Source: an uncultured delta proteobacterium (GTDB lineage Bacteria; Myxococcota_A; Polyangia; Polyangiales; B10-G4). From it: a stretch of 64,000 nucleotides of DNA. The notes under the pieces were generated by a model. It saw only the letters and a list, made by a program, of their open reading frames with translations, ran no database searches and had not been told where the DNA came from. Location: positions 320,001-384,000 of the forward strand of contig CAVSGI010000014.1 of the NCBI GenBank assembly GCA_963727445.1. Direction: 5' to 3'. Below, in pieces: positions 19,783 to 29,926 of this stretch (position 1 is the stretch's first letter; the number at the start of each line of letters is the position of its first letter). The translations under genes were made by a program, and so were the position numbers.

Positions 19783-22134
19783 ATGCGCCGTCCTCCCCTC
19801 TCCGTCGCCGCCGTGGCGATGCTCCTCTTCATGGGGTGCGGCGACGACGCGCCAGCGAGCGACGGGGGCGTCGATGCAGACGCCGCACCGCCCGACGCCG
19901 AGGCCGACACCGGAGTGGTCGACGCCGGGCCGCCCCCCGATCCGCGACCCGCCACCGCCCCGCTGACCCAATGGGTCGACCCCTTCATCGCTGCGGGCGG
20001 CATTGGTTACGGGGTGGGGAGCGCCTACCCGGGCCCCGCGCGTCCCTTCGGGATGGTCCACGTGAGCCCAGACACCGTCGACGCCGACAACGCCGCCGTG
20101 CTCTTCGCCCACTGCGCGGGCTACGCCTACGACGACACCCACGTCCGCGGCTTCTCCCACACCCATCCCCACGGCATGGGCGCCTCGGACTACGGCGCCG
20201 TGATGCTGATGCCGACCCTCGGCATGAGCGCCGACAAGACGAGCTCGGACGGCTACTACATCGCGATGGACAAGGAGAGCGAGGAGGCGTCGCCAGGTTA
20301 CTACGCCGTGACCCTCGCCGACGGCGTCCGCGTCGAGCTCACCACCGAGCGCCGCGTGGCCCTGCATCGCTACACCTTCCCGGCCGGCTCGGACGCGGTG
20401 GTCCTGTCCGACCTGGCCCACCACATCACCGGCGCCGAGACCATCGACGGCGAGATCACCGTCGACCCCGACGCCGGCGAGCTCTCGGGCTTCGCGCGCG
20501 TCTCGGCGGGATACTCGGGCCGCTTCGGCGGCGTGCCCGTGTACTTCGTGATGCGCTTCTCGCGGCCCTTCGAGACGAGCGGCGTCTGGCAGGACGGCAC
20601 CCTCTACGAAGGCGAGACCACGCGGACCGGCGTGAACACCGGCGCCTGGGTGCGCTTCGACACCAGCGCCGACACGGTGGTCGAGGCCGCCGTGGGCATC
20701 TCGTTCGTCGACGTGGCGCACGCGCGCATGAACCTCGACACCGAGATGCCGGCCATCGACTTCGACGGCACCCGCGCCGCGGCCGATGCCGCGTGGGAGG
20801 CGCTGCTGTCGCGCATCGAAATCGAAGCGCGCACCGAGCGCGAGTTCCGCATGTTCTACACCGCCGTCTACCACACGCTCTTGATGCCCACGCTGGCCAT
20901 GGACGTCGACGGCACCTATCGCGGCATCGACCAGGAAGTGCATGTCGCGGACGGCTTCACCTACTACACGGACTTCTCCCTCTGGGACACGTTCCGCACC
21001 CTCCACCCGTGGCTGACGCTGGTCTTCCCGGAGTTTCAGCGCGACTTCGTGGGCTCGTTGATGCAGATGGCGCGCGACGGCGGCGCCTACCCGCGCTGGC
21101 CGCTCGGCATCGGCTACACCGGCGGCATGATCGGTGACGCCGCTCCCATCGTCATCGCCGACAGCGCGGTGAAGGGGCTCGACGGCTTCGACGTGACCGA
21201 GGCCTACGCCCTGGCCAAGCTGACCGCTGATGGGCCGCCCCCCGCGTCCGCCTTCAGCGGGCGCAGCGGCATCGAGGACTACCTCTCGCTCGGGTACGTG
21301 CCCATCGAAGCCTCGGGCTCGAGCACTTCGTGGACCCTCGAGGTTGCGCACTCCGACTACGCCGTGGGCGAGCTCGCCGCGGCCGCAGGAGACGACGCGG
21401 GAGCCGCGACGTATCGGGAGCGCGCCCACAACTACCAGAACTCTTACGACGCCGAGAGCGGCTTCTTCCTGGGCCGCTTTCGCGACGGGTCCTTCGACAC
21501 CACGGACTTCGATCCCTTCGTCTGGCAGGACTACTACGCCGAGGGCAACGCCTGGCAGTACAACTGGTATGCGCCGCACGACCTCGAAGGCATGGCCGAT
21601 CTCTTCGGCGGGCGCGACGCGACCCTCGCGCGCCTCGACATGTTCTTCGATCAGTCGATGCGCCGCATGTGGCTCCCCCTCGGTCCCGACACCTGGTACT
21701 GGCACGGCAACGAGCCCGACATCCACGTGCCCTGGATCTACGTCGCGCTCGACCGCCCCGCGCGCACGGCCGAGGTCAACCGATGGATCGTCGACACGCG
21801 CTACGACGACGCGCCGCAAGGGATCCCGGGCAACGACGACAGCGGCACCCTCTCCGCCTGGTACACCTTCACCACCCTGGGACTCTTCCCCCTCCCCGCC
21901 CTCGACTACTACCTGGTCAGCGGGCCTCAGCTCACGCGAGCGGTCGTCCATCTCGAGGGCGGCGACCTGGTGATCGAGGCGCCAGAGGCGAGCGCCCAGG
22001 TCATCTACGTCGAGAGCGCCACCCTCGACGGCGCGCCCCTCGACCGCGCCCGCGTCTCGCACGCCGACATCGCCGACGGCGCCACGCTCCACTTCGAGAT
22101 GAGCGAGACGCCCACCGACTGGGCGACGCACTGA
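19783..22134 (+). CDS. GH92 alpha-mannosidase-family lipoprotein
   Basis: YPGPARPFGMV.VSPDT, GFSHTH, FSLWDTFRTLHP, EGNAWQY, HGNEP and PGNDDSG.LSAWY motifs. Lipobox FMGC. Confidence 0.92.
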   Translation: MRRPPLSVAAVAMLLFMGCGDDAPASDGGVDADAAPPDAEADTGVVDAGPPPDPRPATAPLTQWVDPFIAAGGIGYGVGSAYPGPARPFGMVHVSPDTVDADNAAVLFAHCAGYAYDDTHVRGFSHTHPHGMGASDYGAVMLMPTLGMSADKTSSDGYYIAMDKESEEASPGYYAVTLADGVRVELTTERRVALHRYTFPAGSDAVVLSDLAHHITGAETIDGEITVDPDAGELSGFARVSAGYSGRFGGVPVYFVMRFSRPFETSGVWQDGTLYEGETTRTGVNTGAWVRFDTSADTVVEAAVGISFVDVAHARMNLDTEMPAIDFDGTRAAADAAWEALLSRIEIEARTEREFRMFYTAVYHTLLMPTLAMDVDGTYRGIDQEVHVADGFTYYTDFSLWDTFRTLHPWLTLVFPEFQRDFVGSLMQMARDGGAYPRWPLGIGYTGGMIGDAAPIVIADSAVKGLDGFDVTEAYALAKLTADGPPPASAFSGRSGIEDYLSLGYVPIEASGSSTSWTLEVAHSDYAVGELAAAAGDDAGAATYRERAHNYQNSYDAESGFFLGRFRDGSFDTTDFDPFVWQDYYAEGNAWQYNWYAPHDLEGMADLFGGRDATLARLDMFFDQSMRRMWLPLGPDTWYWHGNEPDIHVPWIYVALDRPARTAEVNRWIVDTRYDDAPQGIPGNDDSGTLSAWYTFTTLGLFPLPALDYYLVSGPQLTRAVVHLEGGDLVIEAPEASAQVIYVESATLDGAPLDRARVSHADIADGATLHFEMSETPTDWATH

Positions 22135-22160
22135 GCGGAGCGAGCTGCTATAAAGCCCAC

Positions 22161-22730
22161 ATGATCTCTTCGCTTCGCGGGCCGGCAGTCATCGCCATCG
22201 CCCTGCTCGCTGCGTGTGGCTCCTCGTCCGCCACGAGCAGTCAATCCACGACCCGCACTGGTAACGCGAGCCAGACCCCGCCCCCGGCACAGGACGATCC
22301 GATGGTGCAGGAGGGGATGGTGGTGGCGAACGCCCTGCGAGACGAATACGTCCAGCTCAAGAGCGCACACGAAGCGGCGTGGCAACAGCGCATCGAGATC
22401 TCCACCGGCCCCGACCTCAACACCATCGGCCCGCGCTACGCGCAGGTCAGCGCGGAGTTCAACGCCCGCGCAGACCAGGCGTGGCAGGCGATGAACGCCG
22501 CCGTGGGTCAGCTGCAGCACCATCAGATCGACCCGTTTCGCCAGCTCATCAATCAGTCGCGCGGACACGTCGCGGTGATGCGCCAGATGGTCGAGGCGAT
22601 TCAGGCCGAGCTGATGCAGATGCGCCCCGCCCCCGAGGGCACGACGGAGGCCTCCGCCGAGGTCACCACCGAAGAGAGTGAGACCGGCGGCGAAGCCTCG
22701 GATCCCGCCGAGCCCGCGCCCGCCGAGTAG
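22161..22730 (+). CDS. Hypothetical helical lipoprotein
   Basis: Lipobox LAAC. Preceded by extended -10 TGcTATAAA 6 nt before the ATG. Confidence 0.75.
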   Translation: MISSLRGPAVIAIALLAACGSSSATSSQSTTRTGNASQTPPPAQDDPMVQEGMVVANALRDEYVQLKSAHEAAWQQRIEISTGPDLNTIGPRYAQVSAEFNARADQAWQAMNAAVGQLQHHQIDPFRQLINQSRGHVAVMRQMVEAIQAELMQMRPAPEGTTEASAEVTTEESETGGEASDPAEPAPAE

Positions 22731-23462
22731 TCAGTCCGCGCCGGGAGCGCGAGGCGTGAGCTGGCCGCGCGACCACAACAGATACTCGAGGGCGACGAGC
22801 GCGCTCGGACTGACGAGGATGTCCCAGAGCCGCACCTTGCCGCCGTGCGTCCAGCCTTCCCAGTGCTTGCGAAGCTTGGAGCCGGTCTTCGCTCCCACGG
22901 TCACCATCCCACCGCCGTCGTCGCGAAGCCGGAGATAGGTGCCCATCTTCACGTCCGTCCCGCCGTATTGGTAACGCGTCGGCACCGTGGGATCGGATCG
23001 TGTCTCCACCAGCGTCCCCACCTCGATGACCCGCGGCGGCAGCTGCACCGAGCGGCTGAGCAGGCCGAAGGCATAGCGGACGACCACGCGGCGGTCCTCG
23101 ATGCAGAGCGTAGCCGGCAGCTTGTCCGCCACCATCGCGACCAGGAGCCCCATGAAGACGAGCATGGCGACGGCGAGCACCGTCGCCAGCACGGTCGCCG
23201 CCGCCTGCGGCACCACCGAAAACAGGCCGATGGAAGCGACGCAGAGGATGAAGTAGACGATCAGCACGCGCCCGATCGCCCGGTCGGATCCCGCCCACGA
23301 CGTCGCCGTGCGCTCCTCGCCGGCGTGCACCTTCTCGAGATGCTTTTCCAGATTGGTCGCTTTGAGGCTCGCCGCACAGAGCGGGCAGGGAAGCAACGCG
23401 TCGGAGCTGCTCTCGGCCGCGAGGCGCAGAGCGTGCTCCACTGAGGAGAATGAATCAGCCAT
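22731..23462 (-). CDS. Membrane protein with N-terminal C2H2-type zinc finger
   Basis: CPLC-x9-H-x4-H (CPLCAASLKATNLEKHLEKVH) followed by two TM helices. Confidence 0.7.
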   Translation of the reverse strand: MADSFSSVEHALRLAAESSSDALLPCPLCAASLKATNLEKHLEKVHAGEERTATSWAGSDRAIGRVLIVYFILCVASIGLFSVVPQAAATVLATVLAVAMLVFMGLLVAMVADKLPATLCIEDRRVVVRYAFGLLSRSVQLPPRVIEVGTLVETRSDPTVPTRYQYGGTDVKMGTYLRLRDDGGGMVTVGAKTGSKLRKHWEGWTHGGKVRLWDILVSPSALVALEYLLWSRGQLTPRAPGAD

Positions 23463-23475
23463 CCCCCTGGCTCCC

Positions 23476-24883
23476 TTACTGTCCTTCGAGCTTCTTCTTC
23501 AGGAGCTCGCCCAGCGTGCCCATGCTCTTCGGCGCGCCGTGGCTCTCGCGATAGCCGTCGAACTCCGCTCGCTCCTGATCGGCGCGCGCCGCTTTGATGC
23601 TCAGGCGCAAGCGCCCTTCCCCGGTCTCGAGCACCTTGGCGCGCACCTTGGTGCCCGGCGGCATCTCCTTGCGCAGATCGACGCCGCGCTCCAGGCCGAG
23701 CTCGGCGTTGGGGATCAGCCCGCGCCCGATGCGACCGCGCGTGCCGTCCACCTGCACGAAGACGCCGAAGTGCTCCACCTTGTCGACGGTGGCGTCCACC
23801 ACCGAGCCGACCACCGGCCCGGAAGACAGCCCCGCGGCGCCGAGCTCGGCGCCCTCGGGCGCGGGCGTCAGGGAGATCCGCCTCCGGTCGCGATCGATCG
23901 ACTTCACGACCGCGAGCACCTGCGCCCCCACCTCGAAGGCCTCGAGGCTCGAGCCTCCGAGCTCGGAGACGTGCAAGAGCCCCTCGACGCCTTCGGCCAG
24001 GCGGATGAAGACCCCGAAGTCCGCGATGCGCGTCACGCGCCCCGCCACCACTTTGCCGAGGGGTGCCACCGCGGCGATCCCATCCCAGGGGTCGGCCGAG
24101 AGCGCCTTGAGCGAGAGCGTGATCCGCGTCTTGCCGTCGCGCTCCTCGATGGCGAGGACTTTCACCCGCGCGACGTCGCCCACGCTGACCACGTCCTCGG
24201 GTCGCACCCGATCGTGGCTGAGCTCGGCCCGCGGGAGCAGCCCGTCGATGCCGCCCAGGTCGACGAAGGCACCGAAGTCGCGGATCTGCGTCACGCGTCC
24301 GCTCAGCACCGCGCCCACCTCGAGGCGCCCGACGAGCGCCTCGCGCGCCTCCGCCTTCTCCGACTCGATGAGGCGCCGGCGCGAGAGCACCGCGCCGCGA
24401 TCCTTGATTTCCGTCACGACGAAACGAAGCGTCTGGCCGACGTAGACGCTGGTGTCCTCGACGTAGCGGTCCTCGATCTGCGAAGCGGGGCAGAACGCGC
24501 GCGTGCCCGCCACCTCCACCTCGAGCCCGCCCTTGTTCACGCCGACGACCTTGCCCTCGATGGGGATGGCGCCTTCCATGGCGGCGCCGAGCTGATCCGG
24601 CGCCGGCTTCTTTTCCGAAGCCGAGGCCCAGCCTGATCTCTCCGCGCTCCATCGCGACGACGAAGCCGCGCACCGTCTGACCGACGGAGAGCGCCATGCT
24701 CGCCGGCAGATCCTGCGTGTCGAAGTAGGCCTGCCGTTTGGCGTCGAGCTCGACGAAGACCGCCTCGCTCCCCACGTGGGCGACCACCCCTTCGACCTCG
24801 TCGCCGACCGAGAGCGGGCGCGCCCGCGGCGCGGCCACAGACTCCTGTGCGAAGAGGTCGGCGAAGCTCTCTTTGTCAGCCAT
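23476..24883 (-). CDS. Multi-S1-domain RNA-binding protein (RpsA-like paralogue); frameshifted near 24598
   Basis: N-part ESFADLFAQE...GDEVEGVV and C-part S1 repeats (DFGAFVDLGGIDGLL, DFGVFIRLAEGVEGLLHVSE). Removing one base joins ...KEAGA-DQLGAAMEG. Confidence 0.85.
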
Positions 24884-24945
24884 GGCCCGCGTTTAGCAGG
24901 GTTTGGGCGGGCCGACGAGCTTGATCAGGCGTCTGTCGGCCGTGA

Positions 24946-25530
24946 CTACCCGCAGCTGCCGCCCAACAGACCGCTCTTGAGGCCGGAGTTGGGCGGATGG
25001 CTGCCGAGCCAGATGTTGAAGAACGCGCGGGCGAAGTCGTCACCTTCGATCGTCCCCTTGTTGCGGCCGTTCACCACGACCTGCAGACCCGTGCCGGGGA
25101 TGTAGGTGAACATCATCCGCTGGCCCTCGCTCATGCCGGTGACCCAGCCGTTGAGGCGGCGAATGCTCGCGCGCATGGAGGAGTAGCTCGACCCCGCCGC
25201 CTGCCGGAATCCGTTCTCGAAGGCTTCGGTGATGTCGTCGCGGTCGACGTCGCGCACGAAGTGCAGGAGCAGGCGCTTGCGCTTCGAGGTGTCGAGGATG
25301 TCCGAGGCGTTGCGAGAGCGGCCGCCTTCGACGTAGAGCCCCGCGACGTACACGTTGACGTTGAACACCGTCGCTTCGCGAACGCCCATGCCGTTGAGCG
25401 TCAGGCGCTGGCCATCGACGCGCACCGAGCCCGGCATCTCGACCCCCTCACACTCCCGGGCGGAGGCCGGCACGGCAACCAAGAAGGTGGCGAAGGCCAC
25501 GACAACGGACGTCAGAGCGAGCTTCTTCAA
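24946..25530 (-). CDS. Chalcone isomerase-like secreted protein
   Basis: Signal peptide, LTLNGMGVR...VYVAGLY and FARAFFNIWLG..P..SGLKSGLLG motifs. TTG start with GGAGG RBS. Confidence 0.88.
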   Translation of the reverse strand: MKKLALTSVVVAFATFLVAVPASARECEGVEMPGSVRVDGQRLTLNGMGVREATVFNVNVYVAGLYVEGGRSRNASDILDTSKRKRLLLHFVRDVDRDDITEAFENGFRQAAGSSYSSMRASIRRLNGWVTGMSEGQRMMFTYIPGTGLQVVVNGRNKGTIEGDDFARAFFNIWLGSHPPNSGLKSGLLGGSCG

Positions 25531-25642
25531 GGGGCACCTCCTCCAAGTGCGTACGCCAGGGTACCCGATCTCCGACGGGCGGGACCCGCGCGCATTCAGC
25601 CCCCGTGCGGAAATGTGGGATTCGGCCTAAAAGTGGGCCTCG

Positions 25643-26542
25643 ATGACCATCACCTCCATCGCGGAGCTCGAGGACGGCAGCGTGGCCACCATCCGGGGGC
25701 GGGTCGTGCGGGCGGTCCGGGCGATCGAGGGGCCGGACGGAGTGGACTGCGTTTTCTACGACCGAGGCCACGCCGAGGACGACGGCGTCCCCGAGTGCGA
25801 GGCCTTCTGGCTCGAGGACGCGTCCGGCCGGGTCCTGATCCCGGCCGAGTTCGAGGTGGTGGGCGGCGCGCTCACCCACCAGGACCGCATCGACGTCATC
25901 GACGCCGACGTCAAACAGGTGGCCGCCCGCCTCTCCGACCTCAAGGGCATGATGCGCACCGCCCAGGGGAGCGATCAGAAGCGGTTCCGGGAGCTCCACG
26001 CCGAGCAGTCCGCGCTCAAGGAGCTCGCCACGGTGCTCTGCTGCATCCGCGCCCAGGCCCACGGCAAGGTCCACGGTGGTGGGCGGAGCCTCGAGCAGCA
26101 AGCGGACTTCATCCGTACCCGCGGCGAGAAGCTGCGCTCCGAAGGTCACGCCATTCGCTCCATCGAGCTCGAGCTCGAGATCAGGCAGACGGTCGTCGCC
26201 CTGGGGGACGAGGTGCAGGTGGACGCCGCCTTCTACGAGGCGCCCATGCCGCCGGGTCTCGGCGCGGGCGGCGGCTATCGGGACCGCCCGACCTGCCTGT
26301 CGGCGCGCGCCCGGAGCAGCACCGAGCCGATTCGCGTCTCCCCCACCGCCGCGTCCCACGCCGCGGAGGTCATGAAGGCGCGCGCCCCCGCCCCTGCCGC
26401 TCGGGAGCCGAAGCGAGCCCAGCCGCCCCTGCCCAGCAAGCGCCGGGCGCGCGGGAGCCCGGGCACCACCCCCGCCCAGATTGCGGGCGTCGTCCTGCTG
26501 GCCGCCATGCTCGGCGCGTATCTCTATTTGATCATGATGTAG
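25643..26542 (+). CDS. Hypothetical protein, GIDE-like beta domain with helical insertion and C-terminal TM
   Basis: IRGRVV...CVFY...FWLEDASGRVLI...GDEVQV pattern resembles GIDE-type domains; GGGYRD motif. Confidence 0.55.
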   Translation: MTITSIAELEDGSVATIRGRVVRAVRAIEGPDGVDCVFYDRGHAEDDGVPECEAFWLEDASGRVLIPAEFEVVGGALTHQDRIDVIDADVKQVAARLSDLKGMMRTAQGSDQKRFRELHAEQSALKELATVLCCIRAQAHGKVHGGGRSLEQQADFIRTRGEKLRSEGHAIRSIELELEIRQTVVALGDEVQVDAAFYEAPMPPGLGAGGGYRDRPTCLSARARSSTEPIRVSPTAASHAAEVMKARAPAPAAREPKRAQPPLPSKRRARGSPGTTPAQIAGVVLLAAMLGAYLYLIMM

Positions 26543-26559
26543 GCTCTGGCCCGAGGCCC

Positions 26560-29500
26560 ATGACCACCGAAGCGATCCAAAAGGCCCTCGAAACCCTCGA
26601 AGGCGCCCTTCGTGACGCGCCGCCCCTGGCGGCCAAGTACTACGCCAAGTGGCAGAGCGGACCGCACGACCCCGCGTCGGAGCTCGACCCGGCGCTGGTG
26701 GAAGCCCTCGAGGTGGTCGATCGCGAGATGCCGGCGTGGACGCACGAGGTCACCGACCCCGAGGAGCTCGACAAAGAGCTCAGCGTCTCCACCGGCGAGG
26801 TCTTCTTCATCTGGTGCGCCGCCAACGCCGCGCGCACCGACGCGCGTCTGTCGGGGCTCCTCGAAGCCGCCGTCAGTCATCCCGAGTACACCGATCAGGC
26901 GGTCGAGATCGCGAAGCGTCGCGTCATCGAGGGGCCCCTCGGCGACGCGCTCGAATGCGCCCCGCTCCTCGGCAACGGGGCCGCCCTCGCGGATCCCAAG
27001 AACGAGCAGGCGCGCGCGCGCATGGAGATCCTCATCTGGGAAGCCGGCGCGCAGGCGCTCCAGCTACCGAAGCTCGGTCGCTGGGTTTGGGGAAGCGAGG
27101 AGACCTTCGAGGCGCTGGTGGCGCAGCCCGCGCGCGGCACCCTGCGCGGCCGGGTCCTCGCCGCGCGCTGTCTCGAGGTTGCCGCGTGTGGCATCCCGCC
27201 CACCACCGATCCCCACCTCGTCGGACGCACGCTGCAGGTGCTCCAGCCGCTGCTCCTGCATCCGGAGCCCATGGTGTGGATCCACGCGTCGCGATCCTTC
27301 GGCCGCCTCGCCGGCGTCTTCGAGCCGCTCGAGGGCACGCTCCTCGACTGGGTGAACGGCGCGACCCAGGTGCTCCGCCAGCGCGCGCTCACCGCCTTCG
27401 CCTCGCTCCCCGCGGGGCGCCTCGCGATGCTCGGACACAACCTGCAGGCCATCCTCGACGACCCCGAGGAAAAGGCGTGGGGCCTCGCCGCAGCGGCCGC
27501 CGCCACCCCGCACCTCTTCTACGAGCGCCGCCGGGTCTGGGAAAACCTCACGGCGCGCATCCTCGCCGGCGACGGGGGCGCGGTCGCCGCCCGCGCCCTC
27601 GGCCGGGGCCTCGCGACCCTGTGGCGGCGCGGGGTCCGCGCCGAGATCGAGGCCCCCTTTCGCCAGCTCCGGCTGATGGCGCGCCGCGCCCGCACCGATT
27701 CGGTCGACGACTGGCGGCGCTGGCTCGAGCTCATCGCCGTCACCGACCCGGTCGATGACGCCGAGCGCGACCCCCTCGACATCGAGATCGGCATCGAGAA
27801 CCTCGTGCGCCTCGCGGCGCAGTACGACGACGCCGAGGCCGACGCCCGCGCCGCGCGCTTCGCGGCCACCATCGCGCCGACCTTCATCGAAGCCCGCAAG
27901 ATCGTCCTGGGCGACGGCTCGCAGCGTCATCGCGCGGCGGCCATCAACGCCTTCGAAGGGTGCGCGCGCTCTCTCGCGCTGCGTCTCTGGGCGCCGATGC
28001 TCCACACCCGCCCCGGCGGCGCCCCGGTCGAAGAACCGGACCTGCAGGAGACCTGGGAGATGATCGCGGGCGCGCCCGCCGAGCTCCTCGACATCGTGCG
28101 CGACCGCCGCGAGTCCGCGGGCGAAGGCGACGCAGAGGACGAGGGCGTGTTGGTGGCCCTCGAGGTGTTGGCGCTCAAGCTCGGCGGCTACGCGCTCGAC
28201 GCGTGCAGCAGCGACGAATCCCGCGACCTCGGCCCGGGCCGAGGGCCCACCGCGCACGCGACGTGCCTCTGGCTCCGAAAGCTCCAGGGCCTCGCGGACG
28301 GCTCGCGCGAGATGCCGCCGCCCCTTTCGCGCGCGCTCAGCGCGATCTTCTGGCGCCTGGTGGACACCACCCGCGGCACCTCTCTCGGCGAGGTGGACGA
28401 TGTCGCCTGGCTCGGCCCCTTCGCCGCCTGGTGGGGCCTGGTCGTCGACCGCCCCTCCATCCTTCAACAGCTCGCCACCGCCCTTCCGATGATCGCCGAG
28501 GGCGCGCTCGAGAAGTGCTGCGCCCTCGCGGACGAGACCCGCGCGGCGATCGACAGCGGCATCCTCGATGGCGCTTGGGGTCCCGGCGCGGCCGACGCCC
28601 TCGCGCAGCTTCGCGCCGAGGAGACGGAGCTCGCCGAAGCGCTCGCCGGCCTCGCCACCGCCCTCGAGAAGTTCGCCAACGCCAAGGGGCCGCAGCCCGA
28701 CCTCGAGGCCAAGTGCCTTCAGCTGGTCATGGCGGCCGAGCGACTCCAGGCCGCCCTCGCCGATCCGGTGCGCGCGCTGCACCCGGCCTCCGAGGCGCCC
28801 ACCGACGACTCCCTCGCCCGTGCGCTGTCGGAGAACGCGCCGCGCATGGCGTCGGTGATGACGCGCGCCATCCGCGCGCGCGAGATGACGCTCCTCGACG
28901 TGTGGCTCGCGTCCCTGGGGCCCCTCGCCTCCTCGCTGGTCGAGAATGCGGTGGCCGAGGCGATGCGTCGCACGCCCCCGCCTCCTCCGAAGAAGAAGCT
29001 CGAGAAGCCCAAGGAGTTCGAAGGCTACGAGCTCATCCGTCCCCTCGGCGAGGGCGGCATCGGCAGCGTGTGGCTGGTGCGAAAGCCCGGCGCCGACCGC
29101 TTCTTCGTTCTGAAGATCCCGAAGCGCGACGCCCTCGAGAACGCGACCGACACCGAACGCGAAGGCATCCTCGCGTCGTTCGTCGACGAAGCCCGCGCCC
29201 TCGCGGGGCTCTACCACCCGAACGTCGCCAACATCATCGATCGCGGCATCGTGCAGGGCGTGCCCTTCCTGGTGCTCGAGTACCTGATCGGCGCCGACCT
29301 CCAGATGTACTCGGACGCGAAGCTGATGAGCCTCTTCGAGCTCCGCAAGATCGTCCCCGAGACCTGCGCAGGGCTCACCGCGCTCCACAACGCGGGGCTG
29401 GTCCATCGTGACATCAAGCCAGCCAACCTCTGGCTGCGCCTGCCGCTCGCGGGGGGCGAGAAGTTCGACCCCGCCAAGCACCGCGATCCCGGGCAAGCCA

Positions 29501-29889
29501 CGCCGCTGTCGTCGGTGGTGATCGACTTCGGGATGGTGCGCGCTCAGCGCGTCTCGCAAGAGGTCGGCGGGCGCTTCGTCGCGGGCACGCCGGGCTACAT
29601 CGCACCCGAGCAGGTCCTCGACCCGGTCGAGCTCGACGGCCGGGCGGACGTGTACGCCCTCGCCGGCACCATCTACAACGTCACCACCGGCCACAAGTTC
29701 TTCGAAGAGATCGAGGATCCGCGGCAGCGCATCGTCGCGCACATGCAGCAGCAGCCCCTCGAGAACATCGATCGCATCGACGCGTGGCCCGCGGCGCTGA
29801 TCAAGCTCATGCGCGACGCCACCGACATGAACTGGAAGGACCGGCCGACGCCGCTCGAGTTCGGCAAGGCCTTCGCCGAAGCGCTCTGA
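26560..29889 (+). CDS. Large cytoplasmic protein: ~800-aa helical (HEAT/ARM-like) N-region plus C-terminal Ser/Thr kinase
   Basis: GEGGIGSV, VLKIP, HRDIKPAN, DFG, GTPGYIAPEQ. Real start MTTEAIQK; the ORF-track extension from 24997 overlaps other genes. Confidence 0.88.
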   Translation: MTTEAIQKALETLEGALRDAPPLAAKYYAKWQSGPHDPASELDPALVEALEVVDREMPAWTHEVTDPEELDKELSVSTGEVFFIWCAANAARTDARLSGLLEAAVSHPEYTDQAVEIAKRRVIEGPLGDALECAPLLGNGAALADPKNEQARARMEILIWEAGAQALQLPKLGRWVWGSEETFEALVAQPARGTLRGRVLAARCLEVAACGIPPTTDPHLVGRTLQVLQPLLLHPEPMVWIHASRSFGRLAGVFEPLEGTLLDWVNGATQVLRQRALTAFASLPAGRLAMLGHNLQAILDDPEEKAWGLAAAAAATPHLFYERRRVWENLTARILAGDGGAVAARALGRGLATLWRRGVRAEIEAPFRQLRLMARRARTDSVDDWRRWLELIAVTDPVDDAERDPLDIEIGIENLVRLAAQYDDAEADARAARFAATIAPTFIEARKIVLGDGSQRHRAAAINAFEGCARSLALRLWAPMLHTRPGGAPVEEPDLQETWEMIAGAPAELLDIVRDRRESAGEGDAEDEGVLVALEVLALKLGGYALDACSSDESRDLGPGRGPTAHATCLWLRKLQGLADGSREMPPPLSRALSAIFWRLVDTTRGTSLGEVDDVAWLGPFAAWWGLVVDRPSILQQLATALPMIAEGALEKCCALADETRAAIDSGILDGAWGPGAADALAQLRAEETELAEALAGLATALEKFANAKGPQPDLEAKCLQLVMAAERLQAALADPVRALHPASEAPTDDSLARALSENAPRMASVMTRAIRAREMTLLDVWLASLGPLASSLVENAVAEAMRRTPPPPPKKKLEKPKEFEGYELIRPLGEGGIGSVWLVRKPGADRFFVLKIPKRDALENATDTEREGILASFVDEARALAGLYHPNVANIIDRGIVQGVPFLVLEYLIGADLQMYSDAKLMSLFELRKIVPETCAGLTALHNAGLVHRDIKPANLWLRLPLAGGEKFDPAKHRDPGQATPLSSVVIDFGMVRAQRVSQEVGGRFVAGTPGYIAPEQVLDPVELDGRADVYALAGTIYNVTTGHKFFEEIEDPRQRIVAHMQQQPLENIDRIDAWPAALIKLMRDATDMNWKDRPTPLEFGKAFAEAL

Positions 29890-29926
29890 AGTGAGCGGCG
29901 ACGTCACGTCGAGGCAGTGACGCGCC

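Noticed and set aside
18835..22131. 1098-aa minus-strand ORF (and similar long ORFs 7982-10216, 9405-11921, 27064-29907, 42049-44205)
   Set aside because: Antisense shadows of real genes. High GC3 suppresses stops and the translations have no recognisable motifs.
24997..26559. N-terminal extension making a 1630-aa kinase
   Set aside because: Overlaps the chalcone-isomerase-like gene (antisense) and the 25643-26542 gene (other frame); the translation is Arg/Gly-rich and non-protein-like.
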